Shown here piece after piece: positions 1 to 9,450 of a DNA stretch of 40,739 nt. The stretch lies in assembly GCA_019358935.1 (NCBI GenBank), contig JAHHIK010000076.1, positions 1-40,739 on the forward strand, in the 5' to 3' direction. Every line of letters starts with the position of its first letter. Position 1 is the stretch's first letter. The notes below the pieces were generated by a model. The model saw only the letters and a program-made list of their open reading frames with translations, was not told where the DNA came from and did not search any database. This DNA comes from Tolypothrix carrinoi HA7290-LM1. GTDB lineage: Bacteria > Cyanobacteriota > Cyanobacteriia > Cyanobacteriales > Nostocaceae. The position numbers and the translations under genes were made by a program.

Positions 1-115
1 TTTCCTAGCCAACCTCGAAACCGAGGAAGCGTAAGCACTAGGAAAGAACGCTTTCACTTACACCGTGGAGTGAGGTATGGACAAATTATCTAGCTAGTGG
101 TAGTTCTGTCCACAC
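1..115. other. Multi-hairpin structured sequence at the window edge, identity unknown
   Basis: TTTCCTAG(1-8)/CTAGGAAA(38-45) encloses CCTCG-AAAC-CGAGG and GC-GTAA-GC. It is followed by TCACT..AGTGA and GTATGGACA..TGTCCACAC stems. Confidence 0.35.
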
Positions 116-140
116 ATTTAGAAGCGGAAAGGGAAAAGTG

Positions 141-231
141 CAATGCCCAATGCCCAATGCCCATTACCCATTACCCATTACCCATTACCCATTACCCATT
201 ACCCATTACCCATTACCCATTACCCATTACC
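141..231. repeat. Heptameric tandem repeat (STRR-type): (CAATGCC)x3 followed by (CATTACC)x10
   Basis: Read directly; lies just downstream of the carbamoyltransferase stop codon. Confidence 0.95.
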
Positions 232-236
232 CACTA

Positions 237-1979
237 TCAACCACCAACTTTGATATCGCTGCGTTCTACATAATAAGAACCCAAGACAATAGCATCCATA
301 TGAGTTCTTAAGAAGCACTTGATAGCTTCATCTGGTGTCCGGACGATGGGTTCATTTTCGTTAAGGGATGTGTTGAGAACGACGGGAATACCAGTGCGTT
401 GAGCAAATGTATTTATCAAGTCCCAATAAAGGGGATTGGTACTGCGACTGACACTTTGTAAGCGTCCAGTACCGTCAACATGGGTGACAGCAGGAATTTG
501 TTTCCTTTTTTGAGAGCGAACTGTAAAGACTTTTTCCATGAAGGGTACCGGCGCATCAATTTCAAAATATTCGCTGACCTTTTCTTCTAAAATGCTAGGA
601 GCGAAGGGGCGAAATTTTTCCCGAAATTTGATTTTTAAGTTGATAATATCCCGCATATCAGCACGACGCGGATCGGCTAAAAGCGAACGATTACCTAAAG
701 CTCTAGCACCAAATTCCATCCTACCTTGAAACCAACCGACTACTTTACCTGCACACAAAGCATCTACAACATGATTTAAAAGTGCATCGCGCTCTAATTT
801 TTTCGGTTGCAAATTGTGGTGTTGCAAAGCTAATAAACATTCTTCATCAGAAAATTCTGACCCCCAGTAAGCATGATTTAAAACAAATTTTCTCGGTTGT
901 TTTAGCATTTGATGCCAAACATAAAAAGCTGCACCAAAGCATGTGCCGTTGTCAGCCGCACCGATGGGAGTGTAGACATTTTTAAAGCAGGTATTTTGAG
1001 TGATTTTACCGTTAGCGACAGAATTCATCGCTACACCACCGACCAAACAGAGATTTTCGCTCTTGTAGCGATCGCTTAAACGATTCAGCAGATGAAAGAT
1101 AATTTCTTCGGTGACAGCTTGCACAGATGCGGCAATATTTTGATGCTTTGATGTCACTTCCGATTTCGGATCTCGCGCTGCACCGAGTAATTTTTCTAAC
1201 TCTGGGCTGTGGAATGGTTGAACAGTTGGAGAACCACTTTCCCAATTCATAGCAATACCTTGGGTGTGGTGGGTAAAGTAGTCTAAATTTAATTCAAAGC
1301 TGTCTCCTTTAGGATATATAATTCGGCGAAAGGCTTCTAAATATTCAGGTTCGCCATAGGGAGCCAATCCCATGACTTTATACTCATCCCCGTAAGCGGG
1401 AAAGCCCAGGTATAAAGTAACAGCATTGTAGAGGTAGCCGACGGAATGGGGATAGTGAGTGCGAGAAAAATATTCTAACTCGTTACCGCGTCCGGCAGCT
1501 AACAGAGTGCTGACAAAATCTCCCATCCCGTCGATTGAGAGAATTGCCGCTTCTTCAAAGGGAGAAACAAAAAAACTACCAGCCAAATGGGTGGTATGAT
1601 GCTCTAAGTTATGGATTTTGGCGCGAATATCTTCGCTTTGGCAGTGACAGGCATCGGCTAGTTGTTGTAAAAGACTTGCAGATTTGCTTTGCTTGTTAAA
1701 TCGATCCAAAAGCGATCGCACAGAAGGACGGTTTTGCAGAGTAAATAGTAGCTTGCGATTTAAGTTAGCTTTCGGATTGAAAGATACAGCCACATGTTCT
1801 AAATCTGCCGCACTAATACCACCCACTTTTAAACAATAGCGGATAGATTCTGCGGGAAATCCAGCCCAATGTTTAACTCGATTAAATCGTTCTTCTTCAA
1901 CTGCGGCAATCAGTTCACCGTTTTGGATTAAGCAAGCTGAAGCATCGCCATGATAAGCGTTAATTCCGAGGATGTTCAT
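237..1979 (-). CDS. Carbamoyltransferase, NodU/CmcH/TobZ family
   Basis: Motifs ILGINAYHGDASA, EEERFNRVKH, HHTTH, DGMGD, GRMEFGARALGNRS, RPFAP, VTHVDGTGRLQ, NTSLN. Confidence 0.95.
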   Translation of the reverse strand: MNILGINAYHGDASACLIQNGELIAAVEEERFNRVKHWAGFPAESIRYCLKVGGISAADLEHVAVSFNPKANLNRKLLFTLQNRPSVRSLLDRFNKQSKSASLLQQLADACHCQSEDIRAKIHNLEHHTTHLAGSFFVSPFEEAAILSIDGMGDFVSTLLAAGRGNELEYFSRTHYPHSVGYLYNAVTLYLGFPAYGDEYKVMGLAPYGEPEYLEAFRRIIYPKGDSFELNLDYFTHHTQGIAMNWESGSPTVQPFHSPELEKLLGAARDPKSEVTSKHQNIAASVQAVTEEIIFHLLNRLSDRYKSENLCLVGGVAMNSVANGKITQNTCFKNVYTPIGAADNGTCFGAAFYVWHQMLKQPRKFVLNHAYWGSEFSDEECLLALQHHNLQPKKLERDALLNHVVDALCAGKVVGWFQGRMEFGARALGNRSLLADPRRADMRDIINLKIKFREKFRPFAPSILEEKVSEYFEIDAPVPFMEKVFTVRSQKRKQIPAVTHVDGTGRLQSVSRSTNPLYWDLINTFAQRTGIPVVLNTSLNENEPIVRTPDEAIKCFLRTHMDAIVLGSYYVERSDIKVGG

Positions 1980-2015
1980 GTGTATTAAGTTTGATAAACT
2001 GTAGAAAAAGCAGAA

Positions 2016-2789
2016 TTAAGGTTTGAATTTCTCAGCTTCAATCAGATGAATTGCTAGCAGAATTTCTGCCAAGATACGCTGAAGTGCGTAATACCAACCA
2101 TGCCAACCGTCAAAAATACCGCCTTTGACAATCAGGCAATAAAATAAAACAATGAAGGGAGCCAGGATTTTTTGTTTGCGAATGCGATCGCCCAAGCTGA
2201 GTTCGCTATTTGCAGTTTCTAATATCTTTTTGGCTTCAATCACCATATAGCGGTCTTGTGACCACAACCAGCGACTTAGAGGTTTGCGATCGTCATGGTG
2301 AATATAGGATGAAAGCATCCCAGATTTACCATTAATTTTTAGCAACTGAGTATGACCATCATCTATATAAATAGCCTTTTCTTGGCGAAAAAGAACTTGA
2401 CGTGGTGGCAATATTGTGCCTCTTAAAGGTTTGCCAAAAACACAGTATTTGAAGAAAGCAAAGTAGCCATCGATATCCCCATCTGCTGGCAAAGATGCGA
2501 TTTCAGCGGTTAGTTCATCAGTGATGATGTAGTCTGCATCAAGGGAAAGAACCCATGCGGATGTAACTTGTTCTAGTCCATAATTCCATTGAGTTGCATG
2601 GGTATCAAATTTCCTTTGCATTAGCTGCACTCTTAGATATGAGTTGAGAATTTCCAGAGTTTCATCGGTGCTGTAACTGTCAATGACAACAATTTTTTTT
2701 GCCCAACTAAGATGCTGGAGAGTGCGATCGATATTTGCCGCTTCATTATAGGTGAGAATCAGCGGAGTTATTTCGTCAAGCATATACAT
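2016..2789 (-). CDS. Glycosyltransferase family 2 (beta-1,4-glucosyltransferase/WaaE-like)
   Basis: ILTYNEAANI, IDSYSTDET, WVLSLDADY DxD motif. Confidence 0.9.
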   Translation of the reverse strand: MYMLDEITPLILTYNEAANIDRTLQHLSWAKKIVVIDSYSTDETLEILNSYLRVQLMQRKFDTHATQWNYGLEQVTSAWVLSLDADYIITDELTAEIASLPADGDIDGYFAFFKYCVFGKPLRGTILPPRQVLFRQEKAIYIDDGHTQLLKINGKSGMLSSYIHHDDRKPLSRWLWSQDRYMVIEAKKILETANSELSLGDRIRKQKILAPFIVLFYCLIVKGGIFDGWHGWYYALQRILAEILLAIHLIEAEKFKP

Positions 2790-3473
2790 TTACTTACGAA
2801 TTTCCACAACCATGACAGATCCCATAATTGAAGGTAAATACCTACTTAAAGCTGCAAATGGTTGTCTGCGTTCAGCTCCATAAAAAGCAAAATCTTTGCT
2901 GAAACCGCAATGATTTAAAAACCTCTTAATTTCAGCTTTATTAAAATACCGAATATGCTGCCATTCCCAAATAGGAATTTTATGTCCCTCCGTTCTTCTA
3001 GGTACACCGATTAACAGGTAATACAGCCGATTGAGAATCCAGCCATGATTGGGGGTACTTAAAACTAATCTTCCACCCGGTTTGAGAATTCGATATATTT
3101 CCTGAGCGACTTGTTCGGGAAAGAAAAGGTGTTCTATATTATCTCCCCAAAAAACCTCATCAAAAAAATTATCTTCATAGATATAAGGAGTATCTTCAAT
3201 ATCTTTTTGAATTGCATTGACTCCTATTTTCACGAGTTTTTGCACTCCGGCTACAGTCCACTCAATGGCATACACTTCATAGCCTTTATCAAGAAAAAAC
3301 TTACTGATAGTTCCATGACCGGCTCCTAAATCTAACAATCGCTTGCCATTTACTTGAGGATAAATTCGCTTCAGAACATGATTTCTTTCATAACCATCAA
3401 ACTCACTTAAACCTTCAGACAGATATTCTGTATAAACTTCGTCATAAAAGCGTTGGATTGTCTTTTTTTCCAT
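2790..3473 (-). CDS. Class I SAM-dependent methyltransferase (Methyltransf_11-like)
   Basis: LLDLGAGHG motif I, NIEHL, RILKPGGRLVLSTPN. Confidence 0.9.
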   Translation of the reverse strand: MEKKTIQRFYDEVYTEYLSEGLSEFDGYERNHVLKRIYPQVNGKRLLDLGAGHGTISKFFLDKGYEVYAIEWTVAGVQKLVKIGVNAIQKDIEDTPYIYEDNFFDEVFWGDNIEHLFFPEQVAQEIYRILKPGGRLVLSTPNHGWILNRLYYLLIGVPRRTEGHKIPIWEWQHIRYFNKAEIKRFLNHCGFSKDFAFYGAERRQPFAALSRYLPSIMGSVMVVEIRK

Positions 3474-3481
3474 GATATATC

Positions 3482-4612
3482 CTATTTCGTTGTTGTTAAT
3501 AATTGTTCAAAAGTAGACAGATAGACGTTAGCAATTTGCTGATAGCTAAATTCTTGTGCTTTTTGCACAGCTTTTGCACCCATTTTAGTAGTCGTTTCCC
3601 AATTGAGTATTGCTGAGACTAATGTAGCTGAAAGATTTTTGGCGGCATCGGTTTTTTTATGATTAAAAAAATATCCGGTTTTTCCTGATTCAATGAAGTC
3701 TCTAAAACAAGGTAAGTCGGAAACTACTGGTACAAGACCTGATGCCATTGCTTCTAAAGGTGCTACTCCAAAAGACTCGCCTTTTTCTGCTAGCGAAGGA
3801 TAGCAAAATATATCGGCTTGACGATACGCTTCAGCTAGTTTATCTACATCAAATATAGGTTCTATAAATTCAATATTTAATTTTTCAGCTTGCAATTTGA
3901 GACTGCGTAAATATTTATCTCCACCACCTCCTTGGTTTTCTTGTTGTGGACCAATAATTCTCAGTTTAGCGGTAGAAATTTGTTGCGCCAAGATGAAAAA
4001 TGCATCTACAAGCAGATGGATACCTTTTTCTGGATGAATTCTGCCGACATAAAGAATAACTTTCTCTTGATTGGCGAATTTAGAAGAAGTTGCGGGAAAA
4101 AATATACTCGTATCTATAGGATTGGGGATAACTTTGATTCGCGGTATGAGAAGAGGATATTCTTGTGCGATCGCCTCTTTGACTGCCTGCGATACAGCCG
4201 CAAAGCAAGCTACTTTTGTATACAGACGATATTGTCCTTTGGGAAAACGAGCCGCATTCACCACAATTTGCCCCGAAGAGGAACGTAAAGCCGCAAATAC
4301 AGGCAACCAAAAGTCGTTGATGACCAAAATATCGGCACGCGGCAACGTGGGAAAAATCAACAAAGCATAAAGCAAATCTTTGATTAAATCCAAGCGAATA
4401 TTAGTACTTTGAGGCAGTCCCCCACGTCGAATGTATTCAACACCATTAATCACTTCTGTTTGAGGCTGTCCTGGATAAGAACGACAGAGAATTCTCACTT
4501 GATGACCTCTGTTAGCAAATTCTTCTGCTAAACCTTGCCAAAGTCGAGGAATGGCACCTCCTTGCACCGCCGGCACGGGCAACCAAGGTCCGGTAGCAAT
4601 GGAAATAATCAC
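3482..4612 (-). CDS. Glycosyltransferase family 4; start reassigned to the GTG at 4612
   Basis: YVGRIHPEKG and ESFGVAPLEAMASG. The ORF-track start at 4672 lies inside a MITE, whereas the GTG at 4612 is preceded by GGGAAG. Confidence 0.88.
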   Translation of the reverse strand: MIISIATGPWLPVPAVQGGAIPRLWQGLAEEFANRGHQVRILCRSYPGQPQTEVINGVEYIRRGGLPQSTNIRLDLIKDLLYALLIFPTLPRADILVINDFWLPVFAALRSSSGQIVVNAARFPKGQYRLYTKVACFAAVSQAVKEAIAQEYPLLIPRIKVIPNPIDTSIFFPATSSKFANQEKVILYVGRIHPEKGIHLLVDAFFILAQQISTAKLRIIGPQQENQGGGGDKYLRSLKLQAEKLNIEFIEPIFDVDKLAEAYRQADIFCYPSLAEKGESFGVAPLEAMASGLVPVVSDLPCFRDFIESGKTGYFFNHKKTDAAKNLSATLVSAILNWETTTKMGAKAVQKAQEFSYQQIANVYLSTFEQLLTTTK

Positions 4613-4636
4613 ATTAGTCTTCCCAATTAATAACCA

Positions 4637-4732
4637 TAGGAATGAGCGCAAAAACCTCTCAAACTCTCCCAAACTCTGTGAACTCTGCGCCCTCTGCGGT
4701 TCGTTTTTTCATAACGAATGCGCTCATTCCTG
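4637..4732. mobile_element. 96-bp MITE-like element, copy 1
   Basis: Terminal inverted repeats TAGGAATGAGCGCA..TGCGCTCATTCCTG; 5-bp direct repeat AACCA at 4632-4636 and 4733-4737; inverted sibling at 21673-21768. Confidence 0.88.
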
Positions 4733-5966
4733 AACCATAAAACTGAACAAAACTTGGTGGCTCACCACCACCAATAATCCAGTGATATAGATTTATCATC
4801 TTCCTAGAGATAGAATTCCAAGAATATTTTACTGACACCAAATTTCGTCCTTTTTCACCCATTGCTTGCAGTTCGTTAGAGGACATTTCCATCGCTTCAA
4901 TCAAAGCAATCATTAATGCCTGCTGATTGTCTTCTACCCACCAACCGCAACCGTAGGTTGCCAAATCCTGCCAAGGAGTATTTTTGGTAGTTATGGCAGG
5001 CACACCATAAGCCAGAGACTCAGCTATTACCATGCCAAAATTCTCTGAGTGACTTGGCAAAACAAATAAATCACTATTACTGAGCGCGGAAAATTTCTGC
5101 TGTCCCGACAACATACCAGTAAAAGTTACTCGTTGTTGCAAATTAAATTGTTCTACTAACAATTCTAATTTTGCTTGGTAGCCAATTAAATCAGGTCCAG
5201 CAATTATTAAATGCCAGTCGGAAAATTTAGCGGCTAATTTCTGCCAAATGTAGAGTAAATTATCTATACCTTTTTTGGGATGCAATCGAGAAAAAAACAG
5301 CAACCATTTCTTATCAATTAGTTCCGGAAATAATTCTGTTAATACTTCTTTGCTCGCTTGTTGATTGCAATCAGCAAGATGCACACCATTAGGAATCAGA
5401 GCGATCGCTTGCTGCAAATTAAGTTGACGAATAGAGTTTGCTTCTTCACTAGAGGTAGCGTGGAAAACTGTAGCACTATGTAAATTTTTGCGCTCGTACA
5501 GCGACCAGGCAAGCCACTTTTTGATGCGACTGCGCTTTAAAGACCAAGACTCAAGCATACCGTGGGGTGAAATTACCAAAGGCAAATGATGCAATTTTGC
5601 AGCTTGCCGCGCATAAAGATTGGGAAACATCCACAAACCATGATTGTGAACTAAATCTAATTCTGTTGATGCTAACTGCGATAAAGCATGACTGGCTTGG
5701 GGATGAAATCCTCGCATGTGTTGGCTTAAAAAGGTAGCGGGATAGCTATGTAGTTTTACATTTGCAGGTGTAATTTGGCTACCAAGTTGTTGATAATCTA
5801 GAGTGAATAAATGAGATGATATTCCTTGATTGGCAATGGTTGCTGCTAGGTCTGCAACTAAATGTGCAGTGCCGCCAGTGTTTTGGTTAATACTTGCAAC
5901 CACATGACAAACTTGGGGCTGATTTGTAGTTGTATTTACTTTAACGGCTGAAGGATTAAGTCTCAT
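4659..5966 (-). CDS. Glycosyltransferase family 4; last ~24 aa are MITE-derived
   Basis: HNHGLW, ISPHGML, SRLHPKKG, PSHSENFGMVIAESLAYG. Confidence 0.92.
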   Translation of the reverse strand: MRLNPSAVKVNTTTNQPQVCHVVASINQNTGGTAHLVADLAATIANQGISSHLFTLDYQQLGSQITPANVKLHSYPATFLSQHMRGFHPQASHALSQLASTELDLVHNHGLWMFPNLYARQAAKLHHLPLVISPHGMLESWSLKRSRIKKWLAWSLYERKNLHSATVFHATSSEEANSIRQLNLQQAIALIPNGVHLADCNQQASKEVLTELFPELIDKKWLLFFSRLHPKKGIDNLLYIWQKLAAKFSDWHLIIAGPDLIGYQAKLELLVEQFNLQQRVTFTGMLSGQQKFSALSNSDLFVLPSHSENFGMVIAESLAYGVPAITTKNTPWQDLATYGCGWWVEDNQQALMIALIEAMEMSSNELQAMGEKGRNLVSVKYSWNSISRKMINLYHWIIGGGEPPSFVQFYGSGMSAFVMKKRTAEGAEFTEFGRV

Positions 5967-5969
5967 TGA

Positions 5970-7178
5970 TTATTTAGAGATTGGTGCAAAATTTTGCATC
6001 AGTTCTGCCAGAGTTTGTTTGAAATTTCGGAAGCCAAATGTATCAATTACTTTTTGTCGTAAAGCTTCTGGTTGATACATTAAATGATTGGGATAAGTAC
6101 CTTGTAAAATTTGGATGAGAGTTTGAGCGATCGCATCCACATCTTGAGGATCGACCAAGGCTCCAAGTGTACCGTGACATAAGGCATCAATTGCACCATC
6201 TTGATTTCCCCCTAAAGTCGGTTTGCCACAAGCGAGTGCTTCTAAATAGACTATCCCAAATCCTTCACCTCGACTGGGCATGGCAAAAACATCGCACATA
6301 TTGTAATAATCGCACAGTTCACTATCAGCAACAAAGCCTGCTAAGGTAACGCAATCTTGCAGGTTGAGATCGACAATTAGCTGTTCAATCCGCGAGCGAT
6401 CGCTGCCTTTGCCAACTAGAATGTAATGAACATCTGGAAGCTGTTGTTTAATTTTTGGTAAAGCGTGTAAAATTTGGTCATAGCCTTTGTAGGCATCAGT
6501 ATTAGCTAACCGAGAGACGGTTAAAATAATTGGTTGTTGGGGTTTGAGTTTGTATCGCTCTAACAAATGTAACGGTTTGCCATCAATTTTGAAGCGACTG
6601 GGGTCGAAGGTGTTGGGTAAAAGAGATATTTTACCTGGATCTAGGTTCTGTTCTTTCAGCAGGCGATCGCGCGTGTAACTGCTGACAGCTAAAATGCGAT
6701 CGGCATTATATAGAGCAGTTTTCAGGGTAGGGTTGGTGATATTCCAAGCATCTACCCCGTGGGCAACAGTCCAGTAAGGTGTGCCCATTAAGCGTTTTAG
6801 CAAATAGGCAACAACTGTAAAATTGAGATGAGAGGCAATAACTAAGTTAGGACGTTGCCAGAGTCCATGTCCGAAAATTTTAGCCGCAAATACAACTGTC
6901 CGCAGAGCGATCGGCGAATTTCCGGCAAAATGAAATCTAGTCTTATTTATAAAAGAAAAATATTCTCTTGACCGAGTATCATGTTTCAGAAAAACATCAT
7001 AATCAATCTGAGGATATAAGCTTTGTAATGCTTCTAGCAAAAAGGCTGAGTAAACTTGAATACCTCCTTTAAATTCAAAAATATCAGGAAACCATAAATG
7101 TAAATCTAAACATTTATCTTTTTGATATTGGCGACTTTCTGGCTTTTTTAAGAAAATATTTGATGTAATTAATCTCAT
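5970..7178 (-). CDS. Glycosyltransferase family 4 (PimA-like)
   Basis: GGIQVY, AHGVDAW, YKGYD, MPSRGEGFGIVYLEALACG. Confidence 0.93.
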   Translation of the reverse strand: MRLITSNIFLKKPESRQYQKDKCLDLHLWFPDIFEFKGGIQVYSAFLLEALQSLYPQIDYDVFLKHDTRSREYFSFINKTRFHFAGNSPIALRTVVFAAKIFGHGLWQRPNLVIASHLNFTVVAYLLKRLMGTPYWTVAHGVDAWNITNPTLKTALYNADRILAVSSYTRDRLLKEQNLDPGKISLLPNTFDPSRFKIDGKPLHLLERYKLKPQQPIILTVSRLANTDAYKGYDQILHALPKIKQQLPDVHYILVGKGSDRSRIEQLIVDLNLQDCVTLAGFVADSELCDYYNMCDVFAMPSRGEGFGIVYLEALACGKPTLGGNQDGAIDALCHGTLGALVDPQDVDAIAQTLIQILQGTYPNHLMYQPEALRQKVIDTFGFRNFKQTLAELMQNFAPISK

Positions 7179-7208
7179 TTCCCACTCCCTGAAGGTAAAT
7201 GCAATTCC

Positions 7209-8345
7209 CTACACTGCTGGATTTCCAAATTTTTCATCAATTGCTTGTTGATAAAGCTCAACATATTCATCAATCATTTTTTCGGCTGTAAATCTTTGAG
7301 AATTAATAAATCCTTTTGATTTTAGTGTTTCTAGCGTGTCAAGATGGTAGATAATTTTTTCTGCTGCTGACTGGGGATTGTCTGGTTCTATGTATATAGC
7401 TGCTTCTCCCCCGACATCATTCATTGGCTGGCGATTTGATGTAATTACTGGACAACCGCACGCTTGAGCTTCTATAATGGGCCAGCCAAAGCCTTCTTGC
7501 AGGGAAGGAAATAGTAAAGCAGTTGCAGTAGAATAGAGCGATCGCAAATTCTCGTTATCAACTTCTACTAACTCTATTACTTTTTCAGCCAGATTATGAG
7601 TTTTGATAAACTGATACATTTCATCAGTCATGGGTTTTCCTGCCATAACTAAATAAAATGGTTGTTGCAGTTTACACAGTGCCTGAAAAATAGATAAAAC
7701 CCCTAGGCGATTTTTGTACCAATGATTTGCCCCTACATGCAGAATAAATCGACAATCTAGAGGAATTCCCAAAGCTGCTAAACGTTGCTTGGCATCTGCT
7801 TGAGCCATCGGTTTATAGAGATAGTTTAAACCCACAGAAATCACTGTTATAGCACTCTCATGCAGAGAACTAAGACGTATCAAATCGCTTCTAGTTTGTT
7901 TGGAAACGCACGCGACTTTTTGGGCTTGATTTAGCCCCCTTATCATCATCTGCTGCAATAGTTTACCAGTCCATCCAGTTTGATATCCGGGAAACTCTCC
8001 TAAACCACAACGAACTGCTAATAAATCATGACAAGTGACAACATGGGGCGTATTTTGCAAATATTTGGTGTAAATTGCATTGCCATGATCGCAGATGTGA
8101 ACTACGTCTGCCCAAGGTAATGTTTGACTAAATTGTACTGGAAAAAGAATTAATTTATCAATGTAACCAAACCATTTTCTGAATACCTTTGGGGATGACT
8201 TAAACATAGTACCAAACCAAGGCTTTGGGCGAATTACACGCACTTGATGACCAAGTTTAGTTAAGTAAATTTCCAGCATGGAAGCAAACAAATCCATGCT
8301 TTGTATGGCATCTGGTTGGTAATTAGCTAGCAACAAAACTTTCAT
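7209..8345 (-). CDS. Glycosyltransferase family 4 (MtfB-like)
   Basis: VTCHDL, HVGANHWYKN, FPSLQEGFGWPIIEAQACG. Confidence 0.92.
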   Translation of the reverse strand: MKVLLLANYQPDAIQSMDLFASMLEIYLTKLGHQVRVIRPKPWFGTMFKSSPKVFRKWFGYIDKLILFPVQFSQTLPWADVVHICDHGNAIYTKYLQNTPHVVTCHDLLAVRCGLGEFPGYQTGWTGKLLQQMMIRGLNQAQKVACVSKQTRSDLIRLSSLHESAITVISVGLNYLYKPMAQADAKQRLAALGIPLDCRFILHVGANHWYKNRLGVLSIFQALCKLQQPFYLVMAGKPMTDEMYQFIKTHNLAEKVIELVEVDNENLRSLYSTATALLFPSLQEGFGWPIIEAQACGCPVITSNRQPMNDVGGEAAIYIEPDNPQSAAEKIIYHLDTLETLKSKGFINSQRFTAEKMIDEYVELYQQAIDEKFGNPAV

Positions 8346-9328
8346 TACTTTTTAAAAAGTTTGCTTATCATTGAGCGGCTTGATTTGAGATGCCATAACA
8401 AACGCTTGGCATTAATTTTTACCTCACCAGGTAACAAAAATGTTGCTAGACTTTTGGCAAGAGCCTGTAATGTTAGGGGTAACAACTGCTTTTGTATTTT
8501 CAAGATGTCTTCAGGTGTCATGGTGGCAACTGAGGTACAAGGAAATGCCGGGTACTCTCTCTTAAAACCAAATCCTAAGTAATCCATGACCTCTTGAGTT
8601 GGATTATCAATGTACTCAGTATTAACGATGTTTTTTTCACCATGTCCTGCGTTATCATTACCAACTTGATCGACCTGAAACAGTAAGGTAGTTCTGGTGT
8701 AACGATTATCTTGAAAAGGTTCTGCTCTATGTACTCCGTGGATATCGCACAAGATAAGGCTTCCCTTTTTCATCATAAATGTTAGAATATCTTGTTTATA
8801 GTTATTATCGATAAAGCGATCGCTAAGGTAAATCTCGTGACTATATTTGTGAGACCATTTGTGAGAATCTTTTAGATATTGAAATGGATTTTTAGTTACG
8901 TCCGATAAATAAAACAAAAATAATAGTCCCGGCATATTATGTTTGCTGACTAATTGCTTACCAGCCTGTCGATTATTGTCTGTATGCCAGGGCATGTGCG
9001 ATATTTTGCTTGTTTGATAAATTCTATGATTAGTTAGCTTGTAACTGTCAGAAAAATATTCATTGCATATATCTAAAACCTTTTTACATGTGATAAGATC
9101 GTAGGCTTTTTTTGAGCTAACAAGGCAATGAGTTAAAAATTTTTGATTGTAAGCAACAACTACACCAACATCATTATTATTAACTATAATCTGATTGAAA
9201 TCTACGTCTAAAAGCAGTTCTTCAACATACTCTTCGGTCAATGCCTGTTCAAAAACAAAGTATCCTTTGCTTTTTAGTTCATTTACTATTTGACTAGTGC
9301 TGATATTTTGGAAGTTTAAAGTAAACAT
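8345..9328 (-). CDS. Phytanoyl-CoA dioxygenase (PhyH)-like Fe(II)/2-oxoglutarate dioxygenase
   Basis: KGYFVFE, WHTD (HxD), SHKW, KKGSLILCDIHGVHRA (distal His), RTTL. Confidence 0.75.
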   Translation of the reverse strand: MFTLNFQNISTSQIVNELKSKGYFVFEQALTEEYVEELLLDVDFNQIIVNNNDVGVVVAYNQKFLTHCLVSSKKAYDLITCKKVLDICNEYFSDSYKLTNHRIYQTSKISHMPWHTDNNRQAGKQLVSKHNMPGLLFLFYLSDVTKNPFQYLKDSHKWSHKYSHEIYLSDRFIDNNYKQDILTFMMKKGSLILCDIHGVHRAEPFQDNRYTRTTLLFQVDQVGNDNAGHGEKNIVNTEYIDNPTQEVMDYLGFGFKREYPAFPCTSVATMTPEDILKIQKQLLPLTLQALAKSLATFLLPGEVKINAKRLLWHLKSSRSMISKLFKK

Positions 9329-9450
9329 AGTTTCATCTGCATCTCGCTTTGAGCGCAGCTAGTATATTTGTATTATTTGCCCCTTTTTCTGCACCAATCA
9401 GCTAAATAAAATCAGATTTCCTCCTTCATTTTTGGACTGAAAAAAGCAAC

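Noticed and set aside
141..231. CRISPR array or telomere-like repeat
   Set aside because: Contiguous 7-mers with no spacers, and no cas genes in the window
4613..4672. N-terminal 20 aa of the ORF-track call 3482..4672
   Set aside because: It starts inside the MITE; the GTG at 4612 fits better
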